Assembly: GCA_024679065.1 (NCBI GenBank)
Contig: JAGIQG010000010.1
Coordinates: 80,104,001-80,168,000, forward strand
DNA from: Sphyrna mokarran
Lineage: Eukaryota
Length of the DNA stretch: 64,000 bases
Direction of reading: 5' to 3'
The first letter of the stretch is position 1, and each line of letters begins with the position of its first letter. Shown one piece after another: positions 25,823-38,200 of the stretch. The notes below the pieces were generated by a model. That model ran no database searches and was not told the origin of the DNA. It was given only the letters and a program-made list of their open reading frames with translations. Both the position numbers and the translations under genes were made by a program.

Positions 25823-26600
25823 GTTTCTATTAAGGTGACAATTCAATTACTATTACTAAAGTGTTTACGATCACATCAAATGTTAATTTGAAAGAAAGAA
25901 AATCTTGTGTTACAATAATAAGGTTTACAACATTATAGCAGTTTAGGACTTTGGGTGAAATTTTCCATTTAGGACACAAAGCACAGTGGTGTGCAGTTCC
26001 AGCAGTGCCCATGCTCCTGGTTGGAATAGCAGGGATTTGTGCCTGGTTCTGCACTTGGAAGCTTATCATTTATGCAAAGGCGAGTATTGGGCCAAATCAC
26101 CTGGTGGATTAGAAGCTAACTCGTTCACCCATTGTCAACTGGCGGATCGAAGGTCCAGGTGACATATTTATGAACCAGTCCAATATATACATCTCCCTCA
26201 TCAGCCCATCTGTCTCCAAGATACTTTCAGAGGTGTCTTGCAGCCATCAGAAGAAAGGTGAAAGCTTCAAGAAGAAGGCAGCACTACAATTCACCCATCA
26301 GGCCCTCAAAGCTTTGATCAGAGGAATATGGACACACAGACATGTTCTGTATCCCAGGAATGGCTCCAGGAAACACACCAATCAGCGCAGGAAGAAGATG
26401 AATGATACCATCTACTCCATTATCTCTCAACTCCCTCCAATATCAAACTCTCATCATGGCATCATGTATTCAAATCACTATTCTCTTCAGGGATCGAACA
26501 CAAATATTAGTTCAGGATTCATTCTCTCATGAAAAGTTTCACATCAGCACCATCCCATCTATCCTGTTGCTTATATTACGTCTCTTGGCCCTATTAGGGA

Positions 26601-27715
26601 TGATGTAGAGATGCTGGCGTTGGACTGGGGTAAACTCAGTAATAATCTGGCAACACCAATTTTAAATCCAACCGATTTATTTGATAGTAAATCTGCGAAC
26701 TTTCGACTTTTTCGTCTTTGTCAGGCAAATGCAGTGATCTGGTCTGCAATAGCACACATGTCAGCACAGACGGTCACAGATTGCTGATTAGAATGCAAAT
26801 CCTTACACCTAACGTGCTATTCAAGTGTTAAAGTGACTAACGATGTGTGTGAAGGGAACCCTGAGCATTGGTTAGAGAAATGTGCATTTTCTTCAGACAG
26901 CACAGTAAGTGAGGTTTTTTGCTAACCCAGGCAAGTCACAGGGGTTACAGATAGTGTGACATGAAGCCAAGATCCCTGTTAAGGCCGTCCTCATGTGTGC
27001 GGAACTTGGCTATCAGTCTCTGCTTAGCGACTCTGCGCTGTCGTGTGTCATGAAGGCCCTCTTGAAGAACATTTACCTGAAAGTCGGAGGCCGAATGTCC
27101 GTGACTGCTGAAGTGTTCGCCCACAGGAAGGGAACTGTTTTGCCTGGTGATTGTTGAGCGATGTTCATTCATCCGCTGTTGTAGTGTCTATATGGTCTCC
27201 CCAATGTACCATGCTTCGGGACATACTTTCTTGTGATGAATTAGGTAGACAACATTGGCCGAGTTGCAAGAGTATGTACCGTATACCTGGTGAATGGTAT
27301 TCTCACGTTTGATGGTGTCGTCCATGTCTGTGATCCGGCAGGTCTTGCAGAGGTTGCTGTGGCAGGGTTGTGTGGTATTGTGGTCACTGTTCTCCTGAAG
27401 GTTGGGTAGTTTGCTGCGAACAATGATCTGTTTGAGGTTGTGCGGTTGTCTGAAAGCAGTAAGTGGGGGGGATGGCCCTAGCGAGATGTTCATCGTCATC
27501 AATGATATGTTGAAGACTCCGGAGAAGATGTCGTAGCTTCTCCGCTCCGGGAAAGTACAGGACAACAAAGGGTACTCTGTCTACCATGTCCCGTGTTCGT
27601 CTTCTGAGGAGGTCAGTGCGGTTTATCGCTGTGGCATGTCGGAACTGTCGATCGATGAGTCGAGCGCCATATCCTGTTCTCACGAGGGCATCTTTCAGCG
27701 ACTGGAGGTGTCTGT
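26601..27715 (-). mobile_element. Penelope-like element (RT thumb/linker, GIY-YIG, pLTR) with 12-bp TSD
   Basis: CNSANVVYLIHHKKVCPEAWYIGET..MNEHR..PVGEHF; TSD CCCTATTAGGGA (26589-26600) / CCCTTTTAGGGA (27716-27727). Confidence 0.9.
26691..26730 (-). ncRNA. Minimal hammerhead ribozyme motif (G8 mutated)
   Basis: ATTTGC-CTGACAA-A-GAC-GAAAAA-GTC-GAAA-GTTC-GCAGAT; stems I and II pair. Confidence 0.72.
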
Positions 27716-28210
27716 CCCTTTTAGGGAGACTTCAACACTAACAAGTGTATCTCACCCAACCTTTGCTCCAATCTCTCTTATCACAAGCCTTTATTTTGTC
27801 TTCATTCAGGCCACGCTCACACACAACTAGAGTGAAAGATCACAGACTTGGAAAGGAACAGCTAATAGCATTGATCTCACTGAATTTGTGAAGGTGCAGA
27901 CAATAGCTGGGGAGGACAAGAAATGCTTAAGTGGGGAAAGGGAGATTGGCCTCTCCCAGTAACCAAGTATGAAATACAGCTCCATTGCTTCAGCAAATCA
28001 TGATAACCACTGTGAGTCACATATGCCTATGTATGCTCCTCAACTGGAACTCTATTCTCTGTTTTTTAAGCAATTTGAGGCCCACAAGGCAACTCAGCCC
28101 CAGTTTGATCCTCCAGAACACCCTGAGGGGGAGGCTCAGGAAGACCCATTACACCCCCACCCTTCTCCACCTTAGTGCAGCATATCTCTAGATTAGGCTT
28201 GGACTCACTT

Positions 28211-29205
28211 TTTAGTGTAGGGTCCTGGACCAGACCCAACGTTTTTTTTAAGATTCATTTATTAGTGTCACAAGTAGGCTTGCATTAACACTGCAATGAA
28301 GTTACTGTGAAAATCCACTAATTACCATTGTGTTTGCTGAGGTACACTGTGGGAGAATTCGGCATGACCAATTTACCTAACCAGCATTTCTTGCTGACTG
28401 TGGTAAGAAACCAGAATACCTGGAAGAAAGCCACGCAGACATTGGAGGAGTTTTAGACTCTGTACAGACTGTGATCAAAACCAGGAATTGAACCTAGGTC
28501 ATGCTAACCATTGTGCCACCATGCTGCCCAAAGCTCCACAAATGTTCTATTTTGGTATAAATGTGAGGAAAGGATGCTTCCCTTTAGGAATGATTCCACT
28601 CACAAAAGTAGTGACCTTTGATAGTAAAACAAACTTTATTTAGTAACATAGCTTAAATATAACTCTAACAAATGAACTAATTTAACTAACAACAATTGAG
28701 CAATATTTAAAAATGAAAAGGAAAGAAAACTTTAATTTCTAACTTATCACTGTTTCAGTTCCAAATAAGCAAAATTTTTCTTGCAGACTTAAATACCATT
28801 TAAATATAGTTAGCAACCGTAAACATACTTGTTATAATGGAGGTATACAGTCTTGAAGCTTTTAGAGAGAGATGGAGTTCCAGTTGCCTCTAAAATCCTT
28901 CTAACTTCAACCAGGTTTCAACAGCAAACTAAACTGCTTTTCTACAAAGGTGTTTTTCTCTCTGCCACAGACCCAGGACTGCATATTAACCACATCTCAC
29001 GTCCCTGTCAGTCAATCACTCTAATCAGAAATCTTAGAGAATCTAGGTAAACAAAAGTCCATTAGTTCTACTTGAAATAAACACTTGCAAAAGTTGAAAT
29101 GAGTAATTATCCTGCTCTCTCAAAATTAAGTAGAATTTTTAAACATTCCCCTGATATATATTAATACATCTATAGATATATGTCAGTTGCACTACTATCA
29201 TCACA
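28211..29205 (-). mobile_element. Candidate solo LTR
   Basis: About 700 bp (excluding the SINE) interrupting the Harbinger gene; ends in CA, reverse-strand AATAAA near 28636, possible CACTT TSD (28206-28210 / 29204-29208); left terminus is not a clean TG. Confidence 0.4.
28245..28530 (-). mobile_element. V-SINE
   Basis: TTTATTAGTGTCACAAGTAGGC tail; GCTAACCATTGTGCCACCATGCTGCCC head on the reverse strand. Confidence 0.85.
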
Positions 29206-29541
29206 CTTGCAAACTGGAGAATAACTCACTGATGTGTCCACACAGCAGTCAGACACAAGAGCAGCCCAGGTTTCTAGCACTCAAAAGGCTGCTGGAAATC
29301 AGCCACTCATTCTGTCTGAATCAGATGAGCCTCTGGAACCAGTTGCCAACTCAATACGGGAGATGCAATGCGCACTTCATAACCACACATCCTAGTGGGC
29401 ACAATCAGGATACAGGCGACATGGGTATGAGGCATCTTGATCTCCCTCTAGATGCATCATCTCGAGTTGGAGTCAGACAAGGTCCTGGGGCTCCTAAAAG
29501 AAGGATGAACGTCAGCTGGATACCCATCTCGGCACTAATAT

Positions 29542-30522
29542 GATGTGGAGATGCTGTGTTAGACTGCGGTAAGCACAGTGAAGGAAGTCTCACAACACCA
29601 GGTTAAAGTCCAACAGGTTTATTTAGTGGTACAGCTTTCGGAGTGTTGCTCCTTCTTCAGGTGAGTGAGGAGTTGTGTTCGCAAACAGGGTATATATGTA
29701 ACAGCGAACTCAATTTACAAGATAATTGTTGTAATGCGAGTCTTTACATGTATTTGAGTCTTAAAGGTACAGACAATGTGAATGGAGAGAGCGTTAAGCA
29801 CAGGTTTAAAGAGGGGTGTATTGTCTCCAGCCAGGACAGTGAGTGAGATTTTGCAAGCCTAGGCAAGTCGTGGGGAATACAGATAGTGTGACATGAAACC
29901 ACGATCCTGGTTGAGGCCATCTTCAAGTGCGTAAATCTTGTAAATCTTTTCTGTACTGGACAACGAAGGGTACTCTGTCCCTTGTTTCTCTTCTGAGGAG
30001 GTTGGTGTGTTTTGGCTGTGGTGCATCAGAACTGTTAATCGGATAAGTGTCTCCAAGGTGGCCTTCATGACATACGACAGTGCAGAATTGCTGAGCAGAA
30101 ATCGAGAGCGAAGTTCCACATGCATGAGGACGGTCTCAACCAGGATCTTGGGTTCATGTCATATTATCTATAATCCCCATAACTTGCCTGGGTTTGCAAA
30201 ATCTCACTAACTGTCCTGGTTGGACATAATACACATCTCTTTAACCTATGCTTAACCCTCTCTCCACGCATATTGTCTGTACCTTTAAGATTTGATTATT
30301 TATAAAGACTTGCATTCCAACCATTACCTTGTAAATTGAATTTGTGTCCATGTATGCCCTGTTTGTGAACATTACTCCTCACTCACCTGAAGAAGGAGTG
30401 ATATTTCAAAAGCTTGTCCAGGCACCCACCATCCTCTATGTAAAAAACTTGCCTCGCACATCTCCTTTAAACCTTGCCAATAAACCTGTTGGACTTCAAC
30501 CTGGTGTTTGTGAGACTTCGTA
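29542..30522. mobile_element. Penelope-like element ends in inverted arrangement
   Basis: 29585-29930 is the reverse complement of about 30110-30520; both arms carry a hammerhead motif. Confidence 0.88.
29629..29663 (-). ncRNA. Hammerhead ribozyme motif with intact CUGANGA/GAAA core
   Basis: CAC-CTGAAGA-A-GGAG-CAACA-CTCC-GAAA-GCT-GT; the cleavage-site H17 appears deleted. Confidence 0.72.
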
Positions 30523-30524
30523 CA

Positions 30525-30856
30525 GATAAAGTAGATGGGAAAACACTTGCTGGAGGGATCAAATGACTAGGAGACATAGATTTAAGGAATGGAACAGAAG
30601 GTTTAGAGATGATGTGAAGAAAAGCTTTTTCATCCTAAAGTGGTGACAGTCTAGAACTCACTGCCTGAAAGGGTGGTGGAAGCAGAGATCCTCATAACAT
30701 TTAATATTTAGATATATACTTGCAATGCCAAGATTTTGGGCCACTTGCTGGAAAATGGAATTAGAATAGTTAGGTGGTTTGTCTTTGACCAGCCCCAGCG
30801 TTGATGCAATGAGCCAAAGGGCCTTTTTCTGTGCTGTACAATTCTTTGACTCTATA
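30525..30856 (+). mobile_element. CR1 3' end
   Basis: TRRHRFK..LPERVVEAE; GAGCCAAAGGGCCTTTTTCTGTGCTGT terminus. Confidence 0.8.
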
Positions 30857-31694
30857 AGACAGAAAAGAAAGCCTGGAGATAGTCACTCAAAATGAAATGA
30901 GGATTAAGGACCCCTCTGGAAAGTATGAGAACTTGCAGACTGTTTGCTAAAAATGCAGTAATTCTGTGTACAGTGCAATGGATGTTAAGTATAAAATGGG
31001 AACATCACTTTCTGTAGTTTAAAACATAAGTTGCTTCCAAAACTTAGTGCATATTATTCATTTTCCTTTTAGTCATTTACAACAGGAGAAATTTTAAATG
31101 TGAAATTTTATCATTTAATTCTTTCAACTAGTAACCAGAAGTTCAAATTTTTTTTGTAAATTATTGGTCACTACAGAGATCCTAACACTTATTTTTAAAG
31201 AAGTTGAACTGTAAGCAAAGGTGGAGCTCTTAGCATATTAATACAAAAACACATAATGCACTATAATACCAACTTGCAAATCACTGGTTGTAAGGTGAAG
31301 GTTTATTTTGTCACATAACAAGTTCCAGTCTCAGTCATGCTGTCAAGAAAAATATCAAACAGACCATAAGTAGAGGAAAGAAAAGTCATCTTGATTCTTC
31401 ATGGAACTACTGTTTCTCCAGCAACTGATGTCACAGGGTAGGTATTGTTGAGCTACTATTGTATGGCAATTGGACTCAGTTGCATAATATGTTGCCTGAC
31501 ATAGGGAAAAAAAGGAGCTTTGGAAGTATGTTAAATAAATAAGCTAGATCTTTGGTCCCAGATATTATGACATCATCGTTATGATATTATCCCAGACATT
31601 TTGTTTGTCCATTCTCAATGTGCTGGATAGTGGACAGCTACAGATAGAAAACTAATTATGATGGTTGATGACAAAAGCCCCCCAACCTAAAAAA

Positions 31695-31850
31695 AATCAT
31701 AGAATCATACAGTGCATCTTTCGGCCCATCAGATCTGCACCAACATGCGCAAAACACCTGAACTCCCGCCTAATCTTATTTACCAGCGCTGGGCCCATAT
31801 CTTTGACATGCCAAGTGCTCATCCAGTTACTTTTTAAAGGATGTGAGGCA
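31695..31850 (-). mobile_element. CR1 3' tail fragment
   Basis: AATCATAGAATCATACAGTGC..TTCGGCCCATC. Confidence 0.7.
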
Positions 31851-32694
31851 AACCTGCAGAATCAGATCCCCTACATGCTATCATAAATCTGGGGTTGATT
31901 TTAATTTTAATCTCCAAGTGTAAACTGTGCAGATGAGCCAATAAAAAAGCCAGCAGTTTATTTATCCGTTCTGATCTTGACCCTTTCATTTTTAATCTGT
32001 GCAGCTTTGAAGATGGATGAGATAGTCACCTTGGTTTGCATTCTCTAGGTGGACATATAGGTGATACTTTAATCATGATCTTCTGCCTTAAACCACACTG
32101 CTCCACACTCCCGCTATTGGTCCATCCTCCAGAAACATTGTCTACCCACGCATAAAAGCTTTGAGGCATGATTGAACTGATTTAACTACCTGAAAAATTT
32201 CATAACTAATAAATTGAAATGTTCAAAGAAAATACAACAAACTTTTTGTTACTGCCCCTATAATTATTCTCTGAGATTACTCAGAGTAAGTGTCCCTGAT
32301 TTTGATTTTCATTTCCTGGAGACTCCAGCAAAATGCTGGAGAAGCACCAACATTATAACTATTGAAAGCATGGATTTATGAAAACTAATGCTCTACTATG
32401 TTAAAAGTGTCCCAATTGCATGCTCTGATGGTGGCCTGAGTGAGTCAGCTGATGTAGTTCTGCTGAAGCATGTCAGTAATAGCTGCAAAGAATGAAAAGA
32501 CTCTCCAAGTAGATGAGAAAAAGCTCTTTTTAGGACTAGGGAGGTACAGTAGTTTTCCTCAAGGCTCAGAAGGAAAGTTGCTGCCTTTCCTGTGTGGGAC
32601 TTCCTCCTTGCCTCCCATTAGTCACTACTAAAAAACTCTGCAGTACTTATCTACAACTTGCTCTTTCCTTGTCAGCATCCATTTTCCATTTCAA

Positions 32695-33180
32695 AGAACA
32701 AGGAAAATTATAGCACAGAAATAGGTCCTTTGGCCTTCCAAGCCTGCACTGGCCACATTGCCTGGCTGAACTAAAACTCCCTATCCTTCTAGCGACCTTA
32801 TCCCTCTATTCATGTATTTATCCTGACACTTCTTAAAAATCACTATCATATCCATTTCCATTGCCTCTCCCAGCGGCAAGTTCCAGGCACCCACCATCCT
32901 CTATGTAAAAAAAAAACTTGCCTCGCACATCTCCTTTAAACCTTGCCCCTCACACTTTAAATCTATTCCCCCTAGTAATTGACTCTTCCACCCTGGGAAA
33001 AAGCTTCTGACTATCCACTCTGTCCATGCTCCTCATAATCTTGTAGAGTTCTTCAGCTCGCCCCTTAACCTCCATCGTTCTAGTGAGTTTCTCCAGCTCT
33101 CCTCATAACTAATGTCTCCCAGCCAGGCATATTCTGGGAAATCTTTTCTGTACCGTCTCCAAAGCCCCAACATCATTCAG
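32695..33180 (-). mobile_element. CR1 3' fragment
   Basis: AAAGAACAAGGAAAATT tail; reverse-strand YKIMRSMDRVDSQKLFPRVEESITRG. Confidence 0.85.
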
Positions 33181-33262
33181 ACATGAGGTGAATAAACAGC
33201 ACTCGTGTTAAAATTTTCTGGAACTTAGATGAATCAGTGCATTTCAAAGCTTACCCACTTGA

Positions 33263-36200
33263 ATATAAGAACATAAGAAATAGGAGCAGGAGTATGCCAT
33301 CTAGCCCTTTGGACCTGCCCTGCCATTCAATAAGATCATGGCTGATCTGAAGTGGATCAGTTCTACCACCTGCTCCCCATAACTCTTAATTCCCTTATTG
33401 ATCAGGAATCTTTCTCCCCTTGACTTAAGCATATTGCAGACAACAAATATTTGTATATGGCCTTTAATGTAATAAACCATCCCAAGGCACTTCTCGGGTT
33501 CATAATAAAACAAAATAATGACAACAAGCCAAGAAAGAAGATATGCCAGATGACCAAATATTTGGTCAAAGACAGCAGAGGGAAGCAATATAGAGAGGCG
33601 GAAAGGTGAACAAAGAATATTCCAGAATTTAGGGCCGAGACAAATGTGAAAGCATAGCACCAAAGGTGGAGCCTCCACCACTTCAATGGGCAGGGAATTC
33701 CAGAGATTTACCACCCTCTAAGAGAAGAAGTTCCTCCTCAACTCTGTTCTAAACTACCCTCCCTCCTCCCCTTATTTTGAGGCTATGCCCTCTAATTCTG
33801 GTTTCCTTTCTAAGTGGAAAGAATCTCTCTACCTCTACCCTATCTAGCCACTTCATTATCTTGTAAGTCTCTATAAGATCCCTCCTCAGCCTTCTAAACT
33901 CCAACGAGTACAGGCACAATCTACTCAATCTCTCCTCATAAACTAACTCCCTCATCTCCGGCATCAGCTTGGTGAATCTTCTCTATCCTCCCTCCAAGGC
34001 CAATATATCCTTTCACAAATAAAGGGACCAAAATTGCACACAGTACTCCAGTTGCGGCCTCGCCAGTGCCTTGTATAGTTGCAGCAAGACCGTCCTACTT
34101 TTATATTCTACCCCTCTCGCGATAAAAGCCAACATTCCATTTCCCTTCTTGATCGCCTGCAGACTGAGTTTTTGTGGTTCATGCCCAAGGACCCCTAGGT
34201 CCTTCTGCACAGTAGCATGCTGCAACTTTTCACCATTTAAATAATATTCCATCCTATCATTATTTCTTCCAAAGTGGATAACCTCACATTTGCCAACATT
34301 ATACTCCATGTGCCATGTCCTCGCCCACTCAGTCAGCCTATCCAAATCTCTCTGCAGACTTTCCGCGTCCTCCATGCAATTCACTTTTCCACTCATCTTC
34401 ATGTCATCAGCAAATTTCGTTACCCTACACTCAGCCCCCTCCTCTAGATCGTCTATGTATATGGCAATCCCCGCGGCATGCCACTAATCACCAACTGCCA
34501 ACCAAAAAAGCACCCATTTATTTCAACTCTCTGCTTCCTGTTAGATAGCCAGTCCTCAATCCATGCTAACACTTTACTCCCAACTCTGTGTGCCTAACCT
34601 TCTGCAACCTTTTGTGAGGCACCTTATCAAACGCCTTCAGGAAATCCACCAGTTCCCCTCCGTCTACCACACCAGTCACATCTTCATAAAAATTCAGTAA
34701 ATTTGTCAAATATGACCTCCCCTTCATGAATCCATACTGTTTTTTTCTGGGTATCCTGTTATTTCTTCTTTAATGATGGATTCTAGCATTTTTCCAACCA
34801 CGGACATTAAGCTAACCAGCCTATAGTTACCTGCTTTTTGTCTGCTACCTTTTTTAAGCAGCGGTGCAACAGTAACTGTTTTCCAATCTGCTGGCACTTC
34901 CCCGGAGTCCAGCGAATTTTGATAAATAACTACTAGCGCATCTGTATTACTCCTGCCATTTTTTTCAGTGTCCTGGAATGCATTCCATTTGGTTCCGGGA
35001 ACTTGTCTACCTTCAGTCCAGTTAGTCTACCAAGCACTGCCTCTTTAGAAACAATAATTGTATTAAGGACCTTATCTCCTACTAACCCTCTATCTTTAAT
35101 ATTCGGTAAGGTATTTGTGTCCTCTACCGTGAAGACCAACACAAAAAACTTATTTAAAGCCTCAGCCATTTCCTCATTTCCCACCACTAAATCCCCCCCT
35201 CTTGTCCTCCAAGGGTCCAACATTCACTCTAGCCACTCTCTTCTTCTTTACATATTTGTAAAAAGTTTTACTATCATTTTTTATATTTAGAGCTAGTTTA
35301 GTTTTATACTCTATCTTTCCTTTTTTTAATTGCTTTTTAGTCATTCTTTGTTGCTTTTTAAATCTTTCCCAATCTTCTAATTCCCCACTATTTTTAGCCA
35401 TTCTGTAGCACCGGTTTTTAATTTAATACTCTCCTTTATTTCCTTTGATATCCATAGCTGGTTATCCCTTTTCTTACAGTTCTTCTTTATCCCCGGAATA
35501 TATTTTTGCTGAGTACAAAAAAGATCTCCTTAAAAATCCTCCACAGTTCATCAGCTGTCCTACCAACCAACCAGTCTACATTAGCCAATTCCACCCTCAT
35601 CTTATCATACTCATCTTTGTTCAAGCAGAGGACACTGCTTTGGGACCCTACTTTCTCACCCTCCATCTACATCAGAAATTCAACCATATTGTGATCACTC
35701 ATCCCAAGAGGATCCTTCACAAGGAGGTCCCTAATTCTTCCTGCCTCGTTACAGTGTACCAGATCTAAGATAACTCGCACTCTTATAGGTTTGATAACAT
35801 ACTGTCAAAGGAAACTATCCCAACAGCATTCTAAGAACTCTTCCTCAAGTACACCGCATCCGACTTGAATCAACCAATCAATATGCAGGTTAAAATCCCC
35901 CATGATTATTGCTGTTCCATTTTTGCATGCGGTCAATTATTTACTTGTTTATAGCCTGCCCCACCTCAAAGTTATTATTTGGGGGCCTATAGACCACCCA
36001 AGTGACTTTCTCCCCTTACTATTCCTTATCTCCACCTACAACAATTCCACATTTTGCTCTTTGGATCCTATATCGTCTCTCACTACCACCCTGATATTAT
36101 CCTTTATTAACAGAGCTACCTCACCTCCTTTTCCTTCCTGTCTATCTTTCCTAAATGTCTGATACCCCTGGATATTCAGTTCTCAGTCTCGGTCACCCTG

Positions 36201-36283
36201 CAAACACTTTTCTGTAATGACCACTAGATCATACCCATTTGTGCTGATTTGTGCCATCAACTCATTATTCTGTTATTTAGCAC
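33263..36283 (-). mobile_element. Large CR1 copy (ORF2 endonuclease to 3' end, frameshifted)
   Basis: ORF-track peptides ESLQRDLDRLTEWARTWHMEYNVGKCEVIHFG, EMAEALNKFF, LEFRRLRRDLIETYK; CATAAGAA tail. Confidence 0.92.
33440..33672 (-). mobile_element. L2 LINE 3' end inserted in the CR1
   Basis: ACAAC..TATATGGCCTTTAATGTAATAAACCATCCCAAGGCACTTC, TGACCAAATATTTGGTCAAAG hairpin, TTCCAGAATTTAGGGCC. Confidence 0.65.
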
Positions 36284-37659
36284 AATTTGTATTGTGCTAA
36301 GAACCCACTCAGGTAAACATACAAAGGTGTTTAAAATGGTAACCAAATGCCCCAACTTTCGAAACACATCCAAATTCATATCATGCAAAATTATGATCAC
36401 CTCTAGGTGAAAACTTCTTCTGACTTGAATGTTCTTTTGAAGCATATCAACCAATGAATCACTTTCTTGAAGTATAAGAACTATTTAATTTAATGTAATA
36501 ATTTATGTTGCTCCTACATAAGACAGCTCACAGTGTGAGAACCCTGTGCAGAAAGTCCATAAGATTTACCTCCATCTCCAGGATAATGCCTCAATTCTAC
36601 CAGATTTCTTTCCACAAAGCAACAAAAAACTCAACAAAGTGACAAGATTAGACTTGACCAATCTATGCTACATTTCTATTATATCATAATTCCATTACTC
36701 CTCACCTTCATCAAGCTAACTGCCAGATCAACAGCAATGTAAAGAAATAAACACCAACTGAAAAAGCACAACATTATGAAATAAGCTGTCATACTGACAG
36801 GCACCCAGCTCTTTATAAAACTGACATTCACATCTTCCTCCCATTATTGCTTAAAATAACCAGTTGAGGGCTGATGTCAGGACTCACCCTTTCTTTCCCA
36901 CTCCTCAATTGATCATAACGGGATTTTTTTTTAATTAATAAGGATGAAGGTGTCAATTCAATATCTGTACTTAACATGCTGACTGTAAAAAAAATTTCTG
37001 GCAGCCTTTCTTGAGTTTAAACACAAAAGGGATTAATTTGTATTGTGCTAAAAACCCACTCAGGTAAACATACAAAGGAGTTTAAAATGGTAACCAAATG
37101 CCCCAACTTTTGAAACATATCCATATTCACATCCATACAAAATTACAAGTTATAGAATAGAGGAGGTTAACTTTTGGTTAAATTAAGATTTAATGATAAA
37201 AGATAAAAACAGAAAATTCACTATGTATGAGTCATTTGCTGTTATTTATAGCTGAGGCAATTTCTTAAATGATAGTTTTTGTTTTTTCCTCTTGGAAATT
37301 GTGCTTCAGAATTTCTCTGTTTACCTCAGTATAAGAAGCTAGTGTTCCTTTCAATCGAAATTCTCTATCTCCTTGATGTATCCCAGAATGTAACAAGTCA
37401 GGCTCTGAACTTGAGTACAGCAGGGAGAAAGATGGTGTTACTTGTTCATTTGTAGACTTGTTTGGAACCCCTCATTTTAGTAGCTTGTATGGCCTTTTTC
37501 TACACTTGGCATTACAATTGGCTGCTGTCATGTGACTGGCTTTCAAATAGCACAATCGCTATCCCTTCTAACAGTGCGATTCTCTCTGATCAATTAGCTG
37601 TACAGATCAATGGTGTCCTCCAGCAGGTCAGATGATTCAGTCTTTACATGGAAATGTAG

Positions 37660-37912
37660 AAGTCAGGGACAGAAAGTTGCCATTTGGCCATTTGAGATGT
37701 TCAATTCAGTATGATCATGGCCGATCCTCAATATTGACACCATAATTCAGCATTCTCCCCAGTTCCCTTGATGTTTTTAGAGTCTAGAAATCTATCTATT
37801 TCCTTCTGATACAAATTCAGTGACTTGATCTCTGCAGCCTTCTGTAGCAGAGAATTTCACAAGTTCACCACTCCAAATGAAGAATTTTCTCGTCATCTTA
37901 GACCTAAATGAC
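37660..37912 (-). mobile_element. CR1 3' end fragment
   Basis: ATTCAGTATGATCATGGCCGATC; AATCTATCTATTTCC; GAATTTCACAAGTTCACCAC. Confidence 0.7.
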
Positions 37913-37914
37913 CA

Positions 37915-38200
37915 AGGGTTACTAGCTCACCGGTTTGCACTGCTGCCTCACAGGTACTCAGTTCATTTTCTGGCTAGGTGATGTCTGTGCGGGATCTCCT
38001 CATCTCTCTATGGGTTTCCTCCAGGTGCTCCAGTTTCTTCTCACAGTCCAAAAGACATGCGGGTTAGGTGCATTGACCATGCTAAATTCTCCCTCAGTGT
38101 ACCCAAACAGGTGCTGGAATGTGGCGATTAGGGATTTTCATAGTAACTTCATTGCAATGTTAATGTAAGCCTATTTGTGGCTAATAAATAAACTTTACTT
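37915..38200 (+). mobile_element. V-SINE
   Basis: GCACTGCTGCCTCACAG head, V core, CTAATAATAAATACTT tail. Confidence 0.85.

Larger units (their letters stand above)
25950..29540 (+). pseudogene. Harbinger element carrying a spliced Myb/SANT-like gene remnant, multiply interrupted
   Basis: KKAALQFTHQALKALIRGIWTHRHVLYPRNG..QRRKKMND (26270-26410); TTCATTCAG|ATLTHN*SERSQTWKG..LTEF (27810); GGGTGAAATTTTCC TIR-like start. Confidence 0.6.
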
